A stretch of DNA of 64,000 nucleotides from the human T2T-CHM13v2.0 reference genome, Homo sapiens: the NCBI RefSeq assembly GCF_009914755.1, contig NC_060933.1, one strand, 5' to 3'. Shown one piece after another: positions 24,799 to 39,629 of this stretch (its first letter is position 1; each line of letters starts with the position of its first letter). Below the pieces are notes generated by a model. The model was not told the origin of the DNA. It saw only the letters and a list, made by a program, of their open reading frames with translations, and did no database searches. A program made the translations under genes and the position numbers.

Positions 24799-25279
24799 TA
24801 GTAATACATTCTATGTCTATACCACAATGTATCTACCTGTTCTACTGTTGGTGGACATCTGGTTGTTTATGTGTAGTTTCTAATTTTTCTACAATGAACA
24901 CATTATTACAGCTAAAGTGCCTGGCACATAGTAGGTGTTCAATTAAAATTTTTGAATAAATCCATGAAGAGCAACAAGCTTTGTTTGTTTTGTTTTGTTT
25001 TTAATTAAAGAAAAGTTTCAGTGGTACTAGAAAGGTTGAGACTGTGGACAAAGATAGCTCAAAGGGAGAATTTTCCAGATTTTCTGATTTTCCCTGGAGC
25101 TCAGAAGAGACACATTGGGTTAAAGCAGAAGATTGGTGGATGCCATCTCCATTACCTAAAAAAGCCTCAAGCATATTTGGGTGTCCCATTTAAAATAAGA
25201 GTAAAATAATATGGAAAATGAAGAAAAATTCCCACAGTCATAGTGTTACAGTGTGATTAGAGGAAATTAGCATTTACAG

Positions 25280-25500
25280 AAAGCATTGTAGCAAAGTAGG
25301 CAAAGCAATTAACTGGAGTCAGGGGAGCTAAGCTGAACTCCCAGCTCTTCCATAAACTGGCAGTGTGGCCTTGAGACAGTCATCCTAACATCTCAGAGCC
25401 TCAGTTTCCTCCTCTGTTGGATGGGGACTGATTCCTCAAGGAGCTGATCAAGTGAGATGATGTAAGTGACAGAGTTTTGTAAAGGTCTATACAAATACCA
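25280..25500 (+). mobile_element. MIR SINE
   Basis: gtgtggccttgagacagtcatcctaacatctcagagcctcagtttcctcctctg. Confidence 0.8.
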
Positions 25501-25890
25501 GGGTTTCGTATGAAACCATGGGGACGGAAAGCCAACCTTTTAGAAGGTCCATTTCCTGATACATAATTTTCTTACTGCAAGTGAAGCACTCTGCCTTAGA
25601 CAAAGGAGATACAGAAACGTGGAGATGCCTCATTTTGTCTATAAAATGGGGGGACGAGACCAATCTGAAATAAAAGTGACTACTTTTGATTATTAGAAAC
25701 CTGACTTAATTGAAGAGGTTGGGGGAAGGGGTGGGAAGTGGAGTGGCCCAGGTCACTGCCTGCTGCCCTGTTAGCTCCATAAGGGAAGGGACTTTGTCTG
25801 TGCAAGGCACATGGCAGGCACTCCATTTTGAAAGAAAGAATGAAAATAACAACGGTATTTTCAAAATCAGATTTAGGAGGAACCCTACCA

Positions 25891-26980
<1,090 letters not shown>

Positions 26981-27439
26981 ACTAATAATGAATTGGCCCA
27001 TAATACAGCCACTGTGTCTTTTGGGTAGATATTTCTCCTTTATAAATGCATGAACACAAAGACTCAATCACCTGTGGAACCTGAGGTGATGGAAGGGACA
27101 GAAGACAAGGAAGGGCTAGGGACAGGGAGGGTCTTGTGGCATAAAAGAATTCCTACAAGTGAGCACATTGGGTCAGATATTCCCCAGTGATCCCTCTGAC
27201 ACTACACCCTTCTTCAAGTCCACACCACATTAATACATTGGACCAAGGGACAATGGATCCAAAACATGGCATTTTAAGACTGTAAGAAGGAACTGAGCTA
27301 GTTTACAGAGGTAAATTCTGCTCTTGGTGCTTTTAAAATTAAAAATGAAAAACAAAAAAATCCCAATGAACTAAACTTACTGCTTTAGATCTTGAAGGAT
27401 AGTTTTCCCTACCCTCCCCTCACCACACACACAAACCCC

Positions 27440-30400
27440 AAGGAAGATAGTAGCCAGGAAAGAAAGATAATAACAGGAATAAACAAATTAAGAAACACAA
27501 AAACAGTGGAATCAATAAATAAAACCAAGCGCTGCTTCTTTGAAAGAGCTAATAAAAGAGACTAACCTCTGGCAAATACAAACAAGAAGAGACCCAAATG
27601 AAATCAGGAATGAGAGCATGATTATCACAACAAATCAAAAAGATTAAGAAATATTGAGAGGAACATCAAACATGATTCTATGGCAAATTTTTTGGAAATT
27701 ATCAAACAGATGATAGCCTACAAAAATATAAAATAATACAACCAATACAAGAAATGTAGATTAGATCAGCAGGCAAGGAAGAATCTGAAAGAGTGAGAAA
27801 TTTATTAAAGAACAACCCTCTCCACCCCTAAAAAGCACATTTTTTTACCCACCCTAGAGTCTCTGGAGAAATCTTTCCAAATTTTACAGAACACTACATT
27901 TTCATGTTACATAAATGTTACATAAATTATTCTTTAACATAGGAAAAGAATGGTGGGAAAAAAATCTGCTTATTCATTTTGCAAGGCAAATACGGTCCTG
28001 ATTTTAAGTCCTGATACAGAATTTTTTTTAAAGGGAACAGGATCCAATATCATTTAAGAACACAGTCCCAGAAAATAGTGTTCAGCGCACACTCAGAGAC
28101 TAAAACACCATGACCACAAAGGGTTTCTATGGCAAGGCAAGGCAAGTTCAGCACAAGGGTATCTATTAATATAACACATAAGATCAATAGATTAAATAAT
28201 ATGAACCATATGATCATCTTAGTGGATGCCAAAAAATGCATTTCAATAGATGTCAAAATATTTTTAAAAATAGGAAGAGAATGACACTTCCTTAACATAA
28301 TAAGGATCTATTTAAAACCAAGCCAGCATCCTTTTTAATGGAAAAACATTAGAGATTTTCCCATTAGAAAAGAGAACAAAACAAGAAAGTTCTGTATCAC
28401 CATTATTATTTAATATTATATTGATGATTCTGGCTGATGTAATAAGACACGAAAAATAAACCATAGGAATAATTATTATAAAGGTAGCAAGAAAGCTTCA
28501 GATGATACAAAGCTCCAGAAGATCAAAGCAGATGATATGATCATAGACTTTAAAAATCTGATGTTCTTGTGTAAACTAATATTAGCAATAATATAAAGGT
28601 TCAATAGTTTCATAACTGGCTTTATATCATGGGTACATGATAAATATTTTAAAAATCAATAACTTTCCTAAATAAATGCAATTAAAGACAGGAAATAAAT
28701 TAAAAATGAGATCCAATTCACAATCAAATATAATGAAATACTAAGACAAAAACATGACATACAGAAAAATTCAAAACTCTCCTGGAAAGCATAATAGAAA
28801 ACTTGAATAATGGAAAAACATGTTTCTCAATGTGTCTAAATATTATAATTTTATAATTCAATACAAAAGGATTTCTTAAAGATTTTGAAAAAGCGCATTT
28901 AAAAATAATTTGGAAAAAACAGTCAAAATAGCAAAGAAGCTGGGGGTGGTGGTTCATGCGTGTAATCCCAGCACTTTGGGAGGCTGAGGCGGGCAGATTG
29001 CTTGAGCCCAGGAGTTTGAGACCAGACTGGGCAATATAGTGAGACCTCGTCTCTACAAAAAATACAAAAATTAACCCAGTTTGTTGGTGTGCACCTGTAG
29101 TCCCATATACTTGGGAGGCTGAGGTGGGAGGATCGATCACCTGAACCTGGGAGGTTGAGGCTGCAATGAGCCGTGATCATGCCACTGTAGTCCAGCCTGA
29201 CAGAGCAAGACCCTGTCTCAAATGACAACAACAACAACAAAACACCACAACAAAAACTGATAGGGGTTTCTAAGGCACAAAAACAAATTTTTAAAATAGT
29301 GAAGGATAGTCTTTAAAAAAGCAATGATAATAGAAATACTTAAATAAGTCATTAAAGAACAGTACTGCAATGGTATGATACTAGAGCCAAATGAGAACTA
29401 GATGAAACCAAAAGTCCGGAAACAGACTTGGTGACATAAGAGAGCTTCATATATAAAAAGAGTGTCACAAAATGATAGGGAAAGGAAATACCTTGTAATA
29501 AAGGAGTTGGGGAAGTTGAACAGTAGATAAGCAGGGAGATTAATTTAGGTCTACATCTAAAAATAAGCTTCAGATTTAGAAAGGACTGATTGAAAAACAT
29601 AGACAACCCAGTGGAAGTGAAATGCTATAGTGTTAACTCATCTGAGAAATAATAATAGGCTCAGGATAGAGGAAATGGAAGAAATTACAAAAAGAAAAAT
29701 GGACAAATTAAGCTATGTTAAAATGTTAAATGCATGCATACACAAATATAGAAAGCAAAAATAATACAGTAGGGGGAAGATTTGTATTGAATAGGCGGCT
29801 CTTAACTATTTTTTTAACTTGACCTTTTTGGGAATCTAAAGAAAGTTAAGAACTCTTTCACATTTACCTACAGACATATATACAGGAACATACACACACA
29901 TATATGTGCATACACACAACATACATTCACATTGGCACAGACAGACATATACATAGACACAGACACATAAATGACGCATATGCTTTTGTAGGACTGTTGA
30001 GTACCCTATGCCTCTCCTGGGACCCAAGGTTAAGAATACTTCATCTTGAAAGAATAGCTTACATTAAATAACTTAAGAACATCCCAAGGCCAAACAAATA
30101 AATGAGCAAAAGACGTGACCAAACAATTCACTGAAAAGGAACAGAAACAGTCAACACAAAGACAATCAATAGGCATAAAATATGTTCCAATTTTTGTCTA
30201 ACAAATTATCAAATTGGTATGAAACTGATTTTTAAAAGCAAACTAATGCTGATGAGGTTTCAGGAAAATTGCCATATTGCTGGTCCTTTTGAAAAGTAAC
30301 TTAAAATACCTGACAGGAGCCCCAAAACATCAATACTTTTCGACCTAATTGTCCTTTTTCTGGGAATTCATTCTTATGAAATGAATTTGAGGAGCAAAGC

Positions 30401-30680
30401 TCCTTGCAGACCTTCATCACGCTGTTTATGAATTGTGTTCATGTAAAAGCAGAACCCTCTAAATATTGAAAGAAAGGGCAGGGGGACAGCTAAACAATTT
30501 TGGGAGTCAACGTAATGGAATGCTATGCTGGCACTAAAATGAAAATCATGAAAATAAGAAAATGATAATATGCTTAGTAAAAAAAGTAAAACAAAATTGT
30601 GTAGTTAATACTATAACAATGGTGGTGAATGGTGAATTTTTCTTAAAGTTTTCCTTAATGTTTATGTAAGAAGTTATATT
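27440..30680 (+). mobile_element. Ancient, highly diverged L1 (L1ME/L1M5-like) ORF2 to 3' end
   Basis: A-rich with L1 ORF2 landmarks (ataaaaccaagcgctgcttctttgaaa; aaccatatgatcatcttagtggatgcc; cattattatttaatattatattg). Confidence 0.7.
28938..29256 (+). mobile_element. AluJ with (CAA)n tail
   Basis: Full dimer. Confidence 0.95.
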
Positions 30681-31270
30681 TTATGCTACGCATGAAGAGG
30701 ACATTGTACTGTAATAGAGTCTGAGAAACAGAGGGATCATAGCTTATGGGGCTGCAACTCAAAGCCAGGACTCCTGACTTAATCTAATTGTAAGCATGAG
30801 CTATTTGAGACAAGGCCCCGGAAACTCCTGTGATGAACTCTGAGTTTCCTTCCCTCCCCTCCTCTCTTTTTTCTTTCCTTCCTTTCTTTATTTCTTTCTG
30901 TTTGTTTTTTCTCTTTTTGGAGGAATGGGTGGTTCTTACACTTTGTGGTCATGATTTGTGCCTACCAATCCCTTCAAACTCACAAAGGATTCCAGTGCTG
31001 GAATACAAAGATATTTTAAAGTGATGTGATACAGATGAGCTCAGACTAAGGGAGATAAAATCCTTACACCATGCATTGCAACCCTCCTCTAGAATGCAAG
31101 CTCCATATGTCTTCTTCTGCCACTGAATCACTAGCATCCAGAATAGTATTTGACATATATTCATGGCTCAATCAACATCAGATGGATGGATGGGAGGAAA
31201 AATGAATAAGGTAAAGGAAGACCCAGTTAAGAAGGAGAAAGAAGCAAGCCTGAAAATGCTAAAACTTTGA

Positions 31271-31666
<396 letters not shown>

Positions 31667-31942
31667 ATTTTAGGAACTGCTACAGGTGTACACTCAGAGC
31701 ACTTGGCTGCAGCACTTGCCCATTTTTCCCTGAGATGCACTAAGAGATGGTGCACTAAGTTGGGATGGGTAGTCAGACTGGTTAGAGAAGAGTAGTGTCC
31801 CCAGCTAACCCAAGTAACAAGAGCAAAATATGCTTCAATGAACCCTGAATGTCCCTGCTCTGTAGGGCCCTTTGGTGGAGAAGACATTTTTAAATTCCCA
31901 TTGGCATCTGGAACTTGGAATTCATCCAGACACTTAAGATCA

Positions 31943-32188
<246 letters not shown>

Positions 32189-32499
32189 CCACAACAGTGA
32201 GAGGTGAGCTAATCTCAAATCTAAGAATTACCTGGAGAACTGTGTCTGCCCACACCTACACATAGAGAGGGTGAAAAGACACATTCCACAAAGAACTGAG
32301 CTTCCCTGACAAATGGCTGCGACCTATACCACACGGTAAATTGAATGCTCTGAATGGCCGACCAAACCTTCAGAAACATAAGACTTCTCTTTTTCTCTAT
32401 GTTTGATTTGAATATATCTGAACTTGCACCTTCTCTAATAGACTTCATCTGCAAATCCAGCTCTGCCTCCAAAGAATAAGTAGAAGGACAGTCACCAGA

Positions 32500-33490
32500 G
32501 AAAATTTTACCAGTACAAAAGAAGGAGCAAAATCAGATATAGGATCCAAAAAAAAGTTTCCCCCCGAAACAGACCTATGCCAGAAACAGAAGGAAAAAAA
32601 TTTAATATCAAATTTATATTTTCTATGCGATTACAGAACATATTGCATTTCTGAAAAGATAATTATGTGTGATAAGGCAATTTTACTTTAAGATGGAAAG
32701 CATAATTACAGAATTTTAAAATGCAGTAGGGGCAGTGGGGAGCATATTAAACATTGAAGAACACTGAATAAATAATTTAAATAGTCTGTTCAAAAAAAAA
32801 CTTCCAGAATTCAGAAAGAAGCATAGTGAGATGAAATAAGATGAGCAAAAACATCACAGTAAATCTGAAAGTGGAAATAACAGTCTGAGGGAAAAAACAC
32901 CCACGAAGAGCAGGTAAAATTAATTTTAAAAAGTCACATCTAGACACATCCTGATGAAAATTTCAAATGTCAAACATGGATGGGAGTCAAAGATTAATAG
33001 GATTTTGATTTTAAAAATAGGGTCAACCAAAGTAACTTCTAAAAAAGTAGAAGGAAGAAAGTGGAATACATGAACAATATAAACAATAATTGGGAAATTA
33101 AATAAGAAACGTAAAATAAATGACAGAATTAAGAAGAAAGATGTTAGTGATCATAATAAATATAAACAGATCAAACACCTCTATAAAAAGACAAAGACTA
33201 CCATACTGAGTCTAAAAGCAAACTCTACTTGAACAAAAAATGATAATATTTAAAATAAATGGACAAAAACATATAAGGTAACTGTTAGTTTGGCAAAAAG
33301 GAATATAAGGACATTATTAATATAAAAATTAGATTCAAGCCAAAAGTTTTAATGGAAAAATGAGGCTAAATTATTTCGATAAAAATAAAATCCTCATTTA
33401 TGATTAGTCATTAACTTTGGGCACTAAATAACATGACATTACAATACACAAAGCAACAAAACATTAGAGCCTTAACAAACACTGCTTTAT
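32500..33490 (+). mobile_element. Ancient L1, ORF1/ORF2-start segment (host of the nested stack)
   Basis: aataaatataaacagatcaaacacctctataaaaagacaaagact is the ORF2 start region; continues at ~46810. Confidence 0.55.
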
Positions 33491-33583
33491 CCACTCTTTC
33501 ACTACTGACCATAGTGGAGTAACTGAAATAAGAGGGATCTCTTATCATAAACATCTAGAAAACTGGATAGTGTATATGAAGCA

Positions 33584-33659
33584 ACTGTCTTCAGGCAAGT
33601 CTGACATCTAATAAAAAAATTACTGTCTTCAGGCAAGTCTGACATCAAATAAAAAAATT
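33584..33659. repeat. 38-bp tandem duplication
   Basis: actgtcttcaggcaagtctgacatc(t/a)aataaaaaaatt x2. Confidence 0.95.
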
Positions 33660-35233
33660 AATCAGCCTTATAAAGAAGCAGAAAAATACAGCCTATAATG
33701 AGAAAACTCAATCAATTGAAGCTGACCCAGAAGTGATACCCTTGAGTAGACAAGAACATTAAAACCCTACTGTAACTGTGTTTTGTATGTTCAAGAAAAT
33801 AGAAGAAGGTTGAGGAAGTGAAGACATGATAGATATAAAAAAAGATCCAAATCAACTTTCTAAACATGAAAATTACAATATGTGAAATAAAATATACAAT
33901 GGTTGGAATTAACAGCAGATTCAACATTGTATGTGAAGTTGAAGACAGAATAGAAACTATCCAAAATGAAATACAAAGAGAAAAGAGATTGAAAATAATG
34001 AACAGAGCATCAGTGAGCTGTGAGAAGACTTCAAGCAAATCAATCCAAGTGTAACTGGAGTCTTTGAAAGTATTAGAGAATAGAAAACATATTTGAAAAA
34101 ATAATAGCATAAAGTTTTCCAAACTAAGTGAAATCTATAAACCCACAGTTCTAAAAGAGTTAACAAACTCCAAACACAAGAAACAATAACAAAAGATAAG
34201 AAAAAGAACTACACCAAGATCACCATAGAATTGGTTAAAAATAGTGATACAGAGAAATTCTCTAAAGCATCTAGAAAAGACAGACATATTATTTACAGAG
34301 AAACAAAGGTGAGGATGGCATAGGAATTCTTGTTAGAAACAATCCATGCTGGAAGAATTGTAGCAAAATCTTTAAAGTACTGAAAGAAAAGGACTCCATA
34401 AATTTTATATCCAATGCCAATATCTTTCAGAAACAAAGGCAAAATACTTCTTCCGACACACAGAGCTGAACAAGTTCACCTGCAGATCATGGCACAAAAA
34501 ATGTTAAAGGAAGTCTTAAAAACAAAGAGAAAATGATGTTAGATGAAAATGTGAATCCACAAAAGGAATAAAGATCCCCAGAAAAGGCACCCATCTGGGT
34601 AAATAAACTAAATAAATAAATGTCTTACTATTTAAATGTCTTCAAAAGATAATTGACTATTTGAAGAAAAATAATGAAATGGGGTTATAACATATGTAGA
34701 AATAAAATGTAGGATAAAAATTAGCCCAAAGTTTGGGGATGGAAAAATGGAAGTATACAGTATATAGAGTAGTGAAGTGTTAAATTATCACTTGATGGCA
34801 GACTATGATAAATTACAGATGTATACTCTAAGCCCTAAAGTAATCACTTAAGTAGGAGATATATAACTAATAATCCCATAAAAGAGATCAAATCGAATCG
34901 TTTAAAAACGTAGTTAATCCAAATGAAGGTAGAAGTAGACAGAAAAGGTAAAAAAAGAACAGATAGAACCAAAAGAAGACATATAAAAAACTAATAGATT
35001 CAAACCTAACCATATCAATAACATTAAATGTAAATTGTCTAAACTCCCCAATTAAAAGTAAGAGATTATCAAATTGTATTTTTTAAAAATAGTCAACTAT
35101 ATGCTTTTTAAAGTCACCCACACTAAATATAAAGACACAAATACTTTTAAAGTATCAAAAACAATAAATCATGCTAATGTTAATCAAAATAAAGCTAGAA
35201 TGTATGTTTAAAGTCAGACAAAATAGACTTTAG

Positions 35234-35510
35234 ATGATACTGATGAAGTCTCAGATGGAAATGAGGGATAGGTTATTGGACAATGGAGAAAAGGTAATCC
35301 TTGTTAAAACCTAATGTTCTGTGAAAAGTGGAACTTGTGAGTGATGACATTGGATATGTAACTGAGAAAATTTCTAAGCAAAGTGTTGAGGTGGTGTGGT
35401 TCCTCCTGACTGCTAATGGTAAAATGCAAGAAGAGAGAAATAGATTGACGATGGAATTGTTAAGCAGAAATACCCAGACCATAAAGATTTGGAAATTTCT
35501 CAATTCTTTG
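35234..35510 (+). repeat. Isolated MaLR-internal fragment inside L1 ORF2, paralogous to 37791-38070
   Basis: Collinear with 37791-38070 (e.g. gaaaatttctaagcaaagtgttg, gtaaaatgcaagaagagagaaata); no LTRs. Confidence 0.9.
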
Positions 35511-37034
35511 CAGAGAGCAAAGAATATAACCAGAGATAAACAGGATCATTTCATAACACTAAAGGAGCCAATTCATCAGGATGCAACAATCCTGAAGGCT
35601 TATGTTCCTTTAAAAAAGCTTCAAAGCCTATGAAGCAAAAATTAATACAACTGCAATAGTTACACAAACCAACAACCAAAGTTGAGGATTTCAACACTCC
35701 TTTCTCAATGGACAGAACAAGTAGACAAAAAAATCAGAATGTAGAAGAGTCAAAGAGCATTCTCAATCAACACGACCTATTTGACGCTTAGAAAACATAC
35801 TACCCAATAATAGCAGACTATACGTTCTTTTTAAGTGTACATAGAATATTTACCAAAATAGACCGTATTATGGGCCATGAAAGACATCTCAATTTAAAAG
35901 AATTCAAGTCATACAAAGTATACTCTTTGACCACAGTGTAAATAAATTAGGAACCAATAACAGAAATATATCTTGAAAACTGCCAAATATTTGAAATCTA
36001 AATAATATACTTCTAAATAACCCCAAAAGAAACAAAAGAGGAAATTACAAAGTATTTTGAAATGAGTCAAAATAAAAACACGACATATTAAAATTTGTGG
36101 GATGCAGCTGAAGCTGTACTTAGAAATTTATACCATTAAACGCCTATTAGGAAAGAAGAAAGTTCTCAAATCATTATCTAACCTGTCATCTTGAGAAACT
36201 AGAAAGAAGAGAGAATGAAACAAAGTACACAGTAGAAAGAAAATAATAAAGATCACAATGGAACTTAATTAGAAAAAGCAAAATGATACAGAAAATCAAT
36301 GAAATAAAAAGTTCTTTTAGAAGATCAATAAGCTCTATAAATCTCTAGCTAAGCTGATAAGAAAATGATTACATCATATGATAATCTCAATATATGCAGA
36401 AAAGCCTGTGACAAAATTCAACATTCGTCTATGATAAAGCTCTCAGAAACCCTAAATAGAAGCTGACGAAAGGGATCTATATAAAATGTACAGTTAATAT
36501 TATGCTTAATGATGAAACAGGAATATTTTCTTTAATATTTTCTGTTAATATCAAAGACCAATAATATCTCTCACCACTGCTAATCAACATTGTACTGGAG
36601 ATTCTAGCCAGATCAATCAGGCAAGAAAATACATAAACATATACAGATTGTAAAGGAAGAAGTAAAACTGACTTTGTTCACAAATGACTTAATTAGGTAC
36701 ATAACAAATAATCTAATAAAACACTTCAAATCTAATAAATGGGTAACAGATTTGCAGAAGACAAAGTCAATATACAAAGGTCAATAGTATGGAATTCCAC
36801 CTCTGGGAAGATGGAGTAGATGTAGATTTCCCTATTGCTCCCATTAAGTACAACTAGACACCCTGGATGTAATGTATGTTTTTAAAATAAAAGGAACTCT
36901 GAAAGGTCCCAGACTGACAAGGGACTTCAGACTCAAAGAACCACATGGCAGCAATTTCTCTTGGTTTTCTTTTTGCCTCATATACCCCACACTGGGTACT
37001 AGATCACGTAGCAACATGAAAACACCAATAAAAG

Positions 37035-37518
37035 TGTGATGGTTGATTTTGTGTGTCAACTTGAGTAGGTTATGGGATACCCAGGTTGCTGACTAAACAT
37101 TATTTCTGGGTGTGTCTGTGAGGGTATTTGCAAAAGATTAGCACTTGACTTGGTGAACTGAGTAAAGCAGAGGGCCCTATCCAGTATGGGTGGGCATAAT
37201 CCAATCTGTTGAGGGCCTAAATAGAAGAAAAAGATGGAAGAAGGTTAAATTTACTCTCTGGCTGACGGAATGAGCTGGAATATCAATTTTCTCCTGACCT
37301 TGGCACCATGGTTTTCAGAGCTCAGGCCAGGCTGGAATCTGTACCATTCACTCTCTGGTTTTCAGGCTTTCAACTACACCATTGGTTTTCCTGGGTCTAC
37401 AACTTACAGAGAGCAGATTATAAGAATTCTCAGCCTGCATAATAATGTACACCAATATCTTATAATACATTTCTTTATATATTTTATTGTATCTATTTCT
37501 CTGAAGAACTCTAACACC
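37035..37518 (+). mobile_element. MLT2 (MLT2B/C/D-like) ERVL LTR in the 5' LTR position
   Basis: tgtgatggttgattttgtgtgtcaacttga...aaacattatttctgggtgtgtctgtgaggg...tttctctgaagaactctaac. Confidence 0.88.
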
Positions 37519-38894
37519 AATATTGGTACTGAAAACTGGGATGCTGCTGTACTAAATATCTAAAAATGTGAAAAATGTGAAAGGATTTGGAACTGGGAAA
37601 CAGGTAGAGGCTGGAAGCATTTTGAGGTGCATCCTTAAAAAACCGACATTGCCATGAAGGGACTTTTGAAGGCAATTCTGCTGAGGGCTCAAAAAGAAAA
37701 GAGAAGAGCTGTAGATAAATCTTCTGTGGTTTATAGAGAATACATGAATAATCACATATAGAATTGGTATAAATATGATTGTTGAGGGAAATTCTATGAG
37801 GTCTCAGGTGGAAATAAGAAATACGTTATTGAACAATGGAGAAAATGTAATCCTTGTTAAAATCTAGTGTTTTGTGGAAGGTAGAAATTGTAAGTGATGA
37901 CACCAGATATTTAGCTAAGAAAATTTCTAAGCAAAGTGTTGGAGTGGTATGGTGCCTCCTGACTGCTAACAGTAAAATGCAAGAAGAGAGAAATAAGTTG
38001 AAGATAGAATTGTTAAGCAGAAAAGATCCAGAACTTAAGATTTGGGAAATTCTCAGTCTATCCATATTGCAAAAAATGAGAAACCATGTTTGGAAGAGAA
38101 CATCAATAAATGGGCCAGCCAATCATTTAATAAGGAGATTAGTGTGGATGCAGACCACAGACCTTATCAGCCATCTCAACAGATGCCAAAAATAGAAATG
38201 GGACTGTACCAGTAAAAACACTGCCAGCAGGAACTAAAGGAAATGGAGAAAATGGAATGGAATGAAGGAAGGCTGTGAATATATGTGAATATCCTTCAAA
38301 AAGGAAGAAGGACTCCAAATGCAATTGAGAGATCATCAACAGGGCAGATGGCCTCCAACAGAAGCCATGCGGGTAGGACTGCCCAGCAGCTCAGGGGGCA
38401 TGATCCCCACACAGCAGAACCGTGACATACGTGGGGCCACCACAGAGAGACATACATGGGCAATGCCCTGCTGAGCTGTGGGGGTGACATTGCCACGACA
38501 GTGGGTGAGGAAGACAAATTATCAAGCCAAAGAAGACTACTCTTGAAGTTTAAGATCTCATGGAGTTTGCCTTGATAGGTTTTGGGCTTGCTTGGGACTT
38601 GTCACCCATTTTTTCTGTACTAATTTTCCCTTTTAGATTGGAAATATTTATCGTATGCCTGTTCCACCATCATATTTTGGAAGCATATCATTTGTTTTCA
38701 CAGTTTCACAGCTGGGGAATTTTGTTTCAGGATGAATCATACCTTGAATCTCACCCATATCTAGCTTAGATGATATTTAGATGAGAATTTAGACTTACTG
38801 CTGAAAAAATGTTGAGACTTTTGGAGTTGTTAGATTGAAATGAATGCATTTTGCATACAAGAAGGACATGAATTTTGAGGAGCTAGGGGCAGAA
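37519..38894 (+). mobile_element. MLT1A-type MaLR internal region
   Basis: PBS-like ttggtact then gggatgctgctgtactaaatatctaaaaatgtg...tttggaactggg...ggtagaggctggaag; ends in PPT gaggagctaggggcagaa. Confidence 0.85.
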
Positions 38895-39629
38895 TGTTGT
38901 GGACTGAATGTTCATGTCCTCCCAAAACTCATATATTGAAATCCTAACTCCAACTGTTATGGTATTAGGAAGTGAAACTTTAGGGGGTGATTGGGTCATA
39001 AGGGTGGAGCCTTCATGAATGGGATTAGTGCCCTTATAAGAACCATGAAGGAGCTTTCTTTTCTCTCTCCACTCTCTGATACTTGAGGATATAATGAGAA
39101 GATGGCCATCTGTATACCAGCAAGAGGGCCTTCACCAAGAACCTGACCATGCAGGCACCTTGATCTCTGACTTCCAGTCTACAGAACTTTAAGAAATAAA
39201 ATTTGTTGTCTAAACCACTGTATTAGTCTGTTCTCATGCTGCTAATAAAGGCATACCCGAGTCTAGATAATTATAAAGGAAAGAGGTTTAATTGACTCAC
39301 AATTCTACATGGCTGAGGAGGCCTTGCAATCATGGCAGAAGGCAAGGAGGAGCAAGTCACATCTTACGTGGTGGCAGGGAAAATAGAGAATTTGTGCAGG
39401 AGAACTCCCCTTTATAAAACCATCAGATCTTGTGAGACATATTCATTATCACAAGAACAGCATGGGAAAGTCTCATCCTCATTATTCAATTACCTCCCAC
39501 TGTGTCCCTCCCACAACATGTGGGAATTATGGGAGCTACAATTCAAGATGAGATTTGGGTGGGGACATAGCGAAACTATATCAACCACTCAGTCTACAGT
39601 AATTTGTTATAGCAACTCAAGTTAAGACA
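38895..39629 (+). mobile_element. MLT1A/MLT1A0 LTR (3' LTR) interrupted by THE1
   Basis: tgttgtggactgaatgttcatgtcctcccaaaactcatatattgaaatcctaac...atgaatgggattagtgcccttataag...ttgttatagcaactcaagttaagaca. Confidence 0.88.
39219..39583 (-). mobile_element. THE1 (B/C-like) solo LTR
   Basis: tgtattagtctgttctcatgctgctaataaag...aaactatatca; perfect 5-bp TSD accac. Confidence 0.93.

Larger units (their letters stand above)
33490..36790 (+). mobile_element. L1M (L1MC/MD-like) 5' part: ORF1 and partial ORF2
   Basis: ORF1 remnant EIKYTMVGINSRFN..EDRIETIQNEIQREKRLK; endonuclease-region sequence at 35000-36300. Confidence 0.8.
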
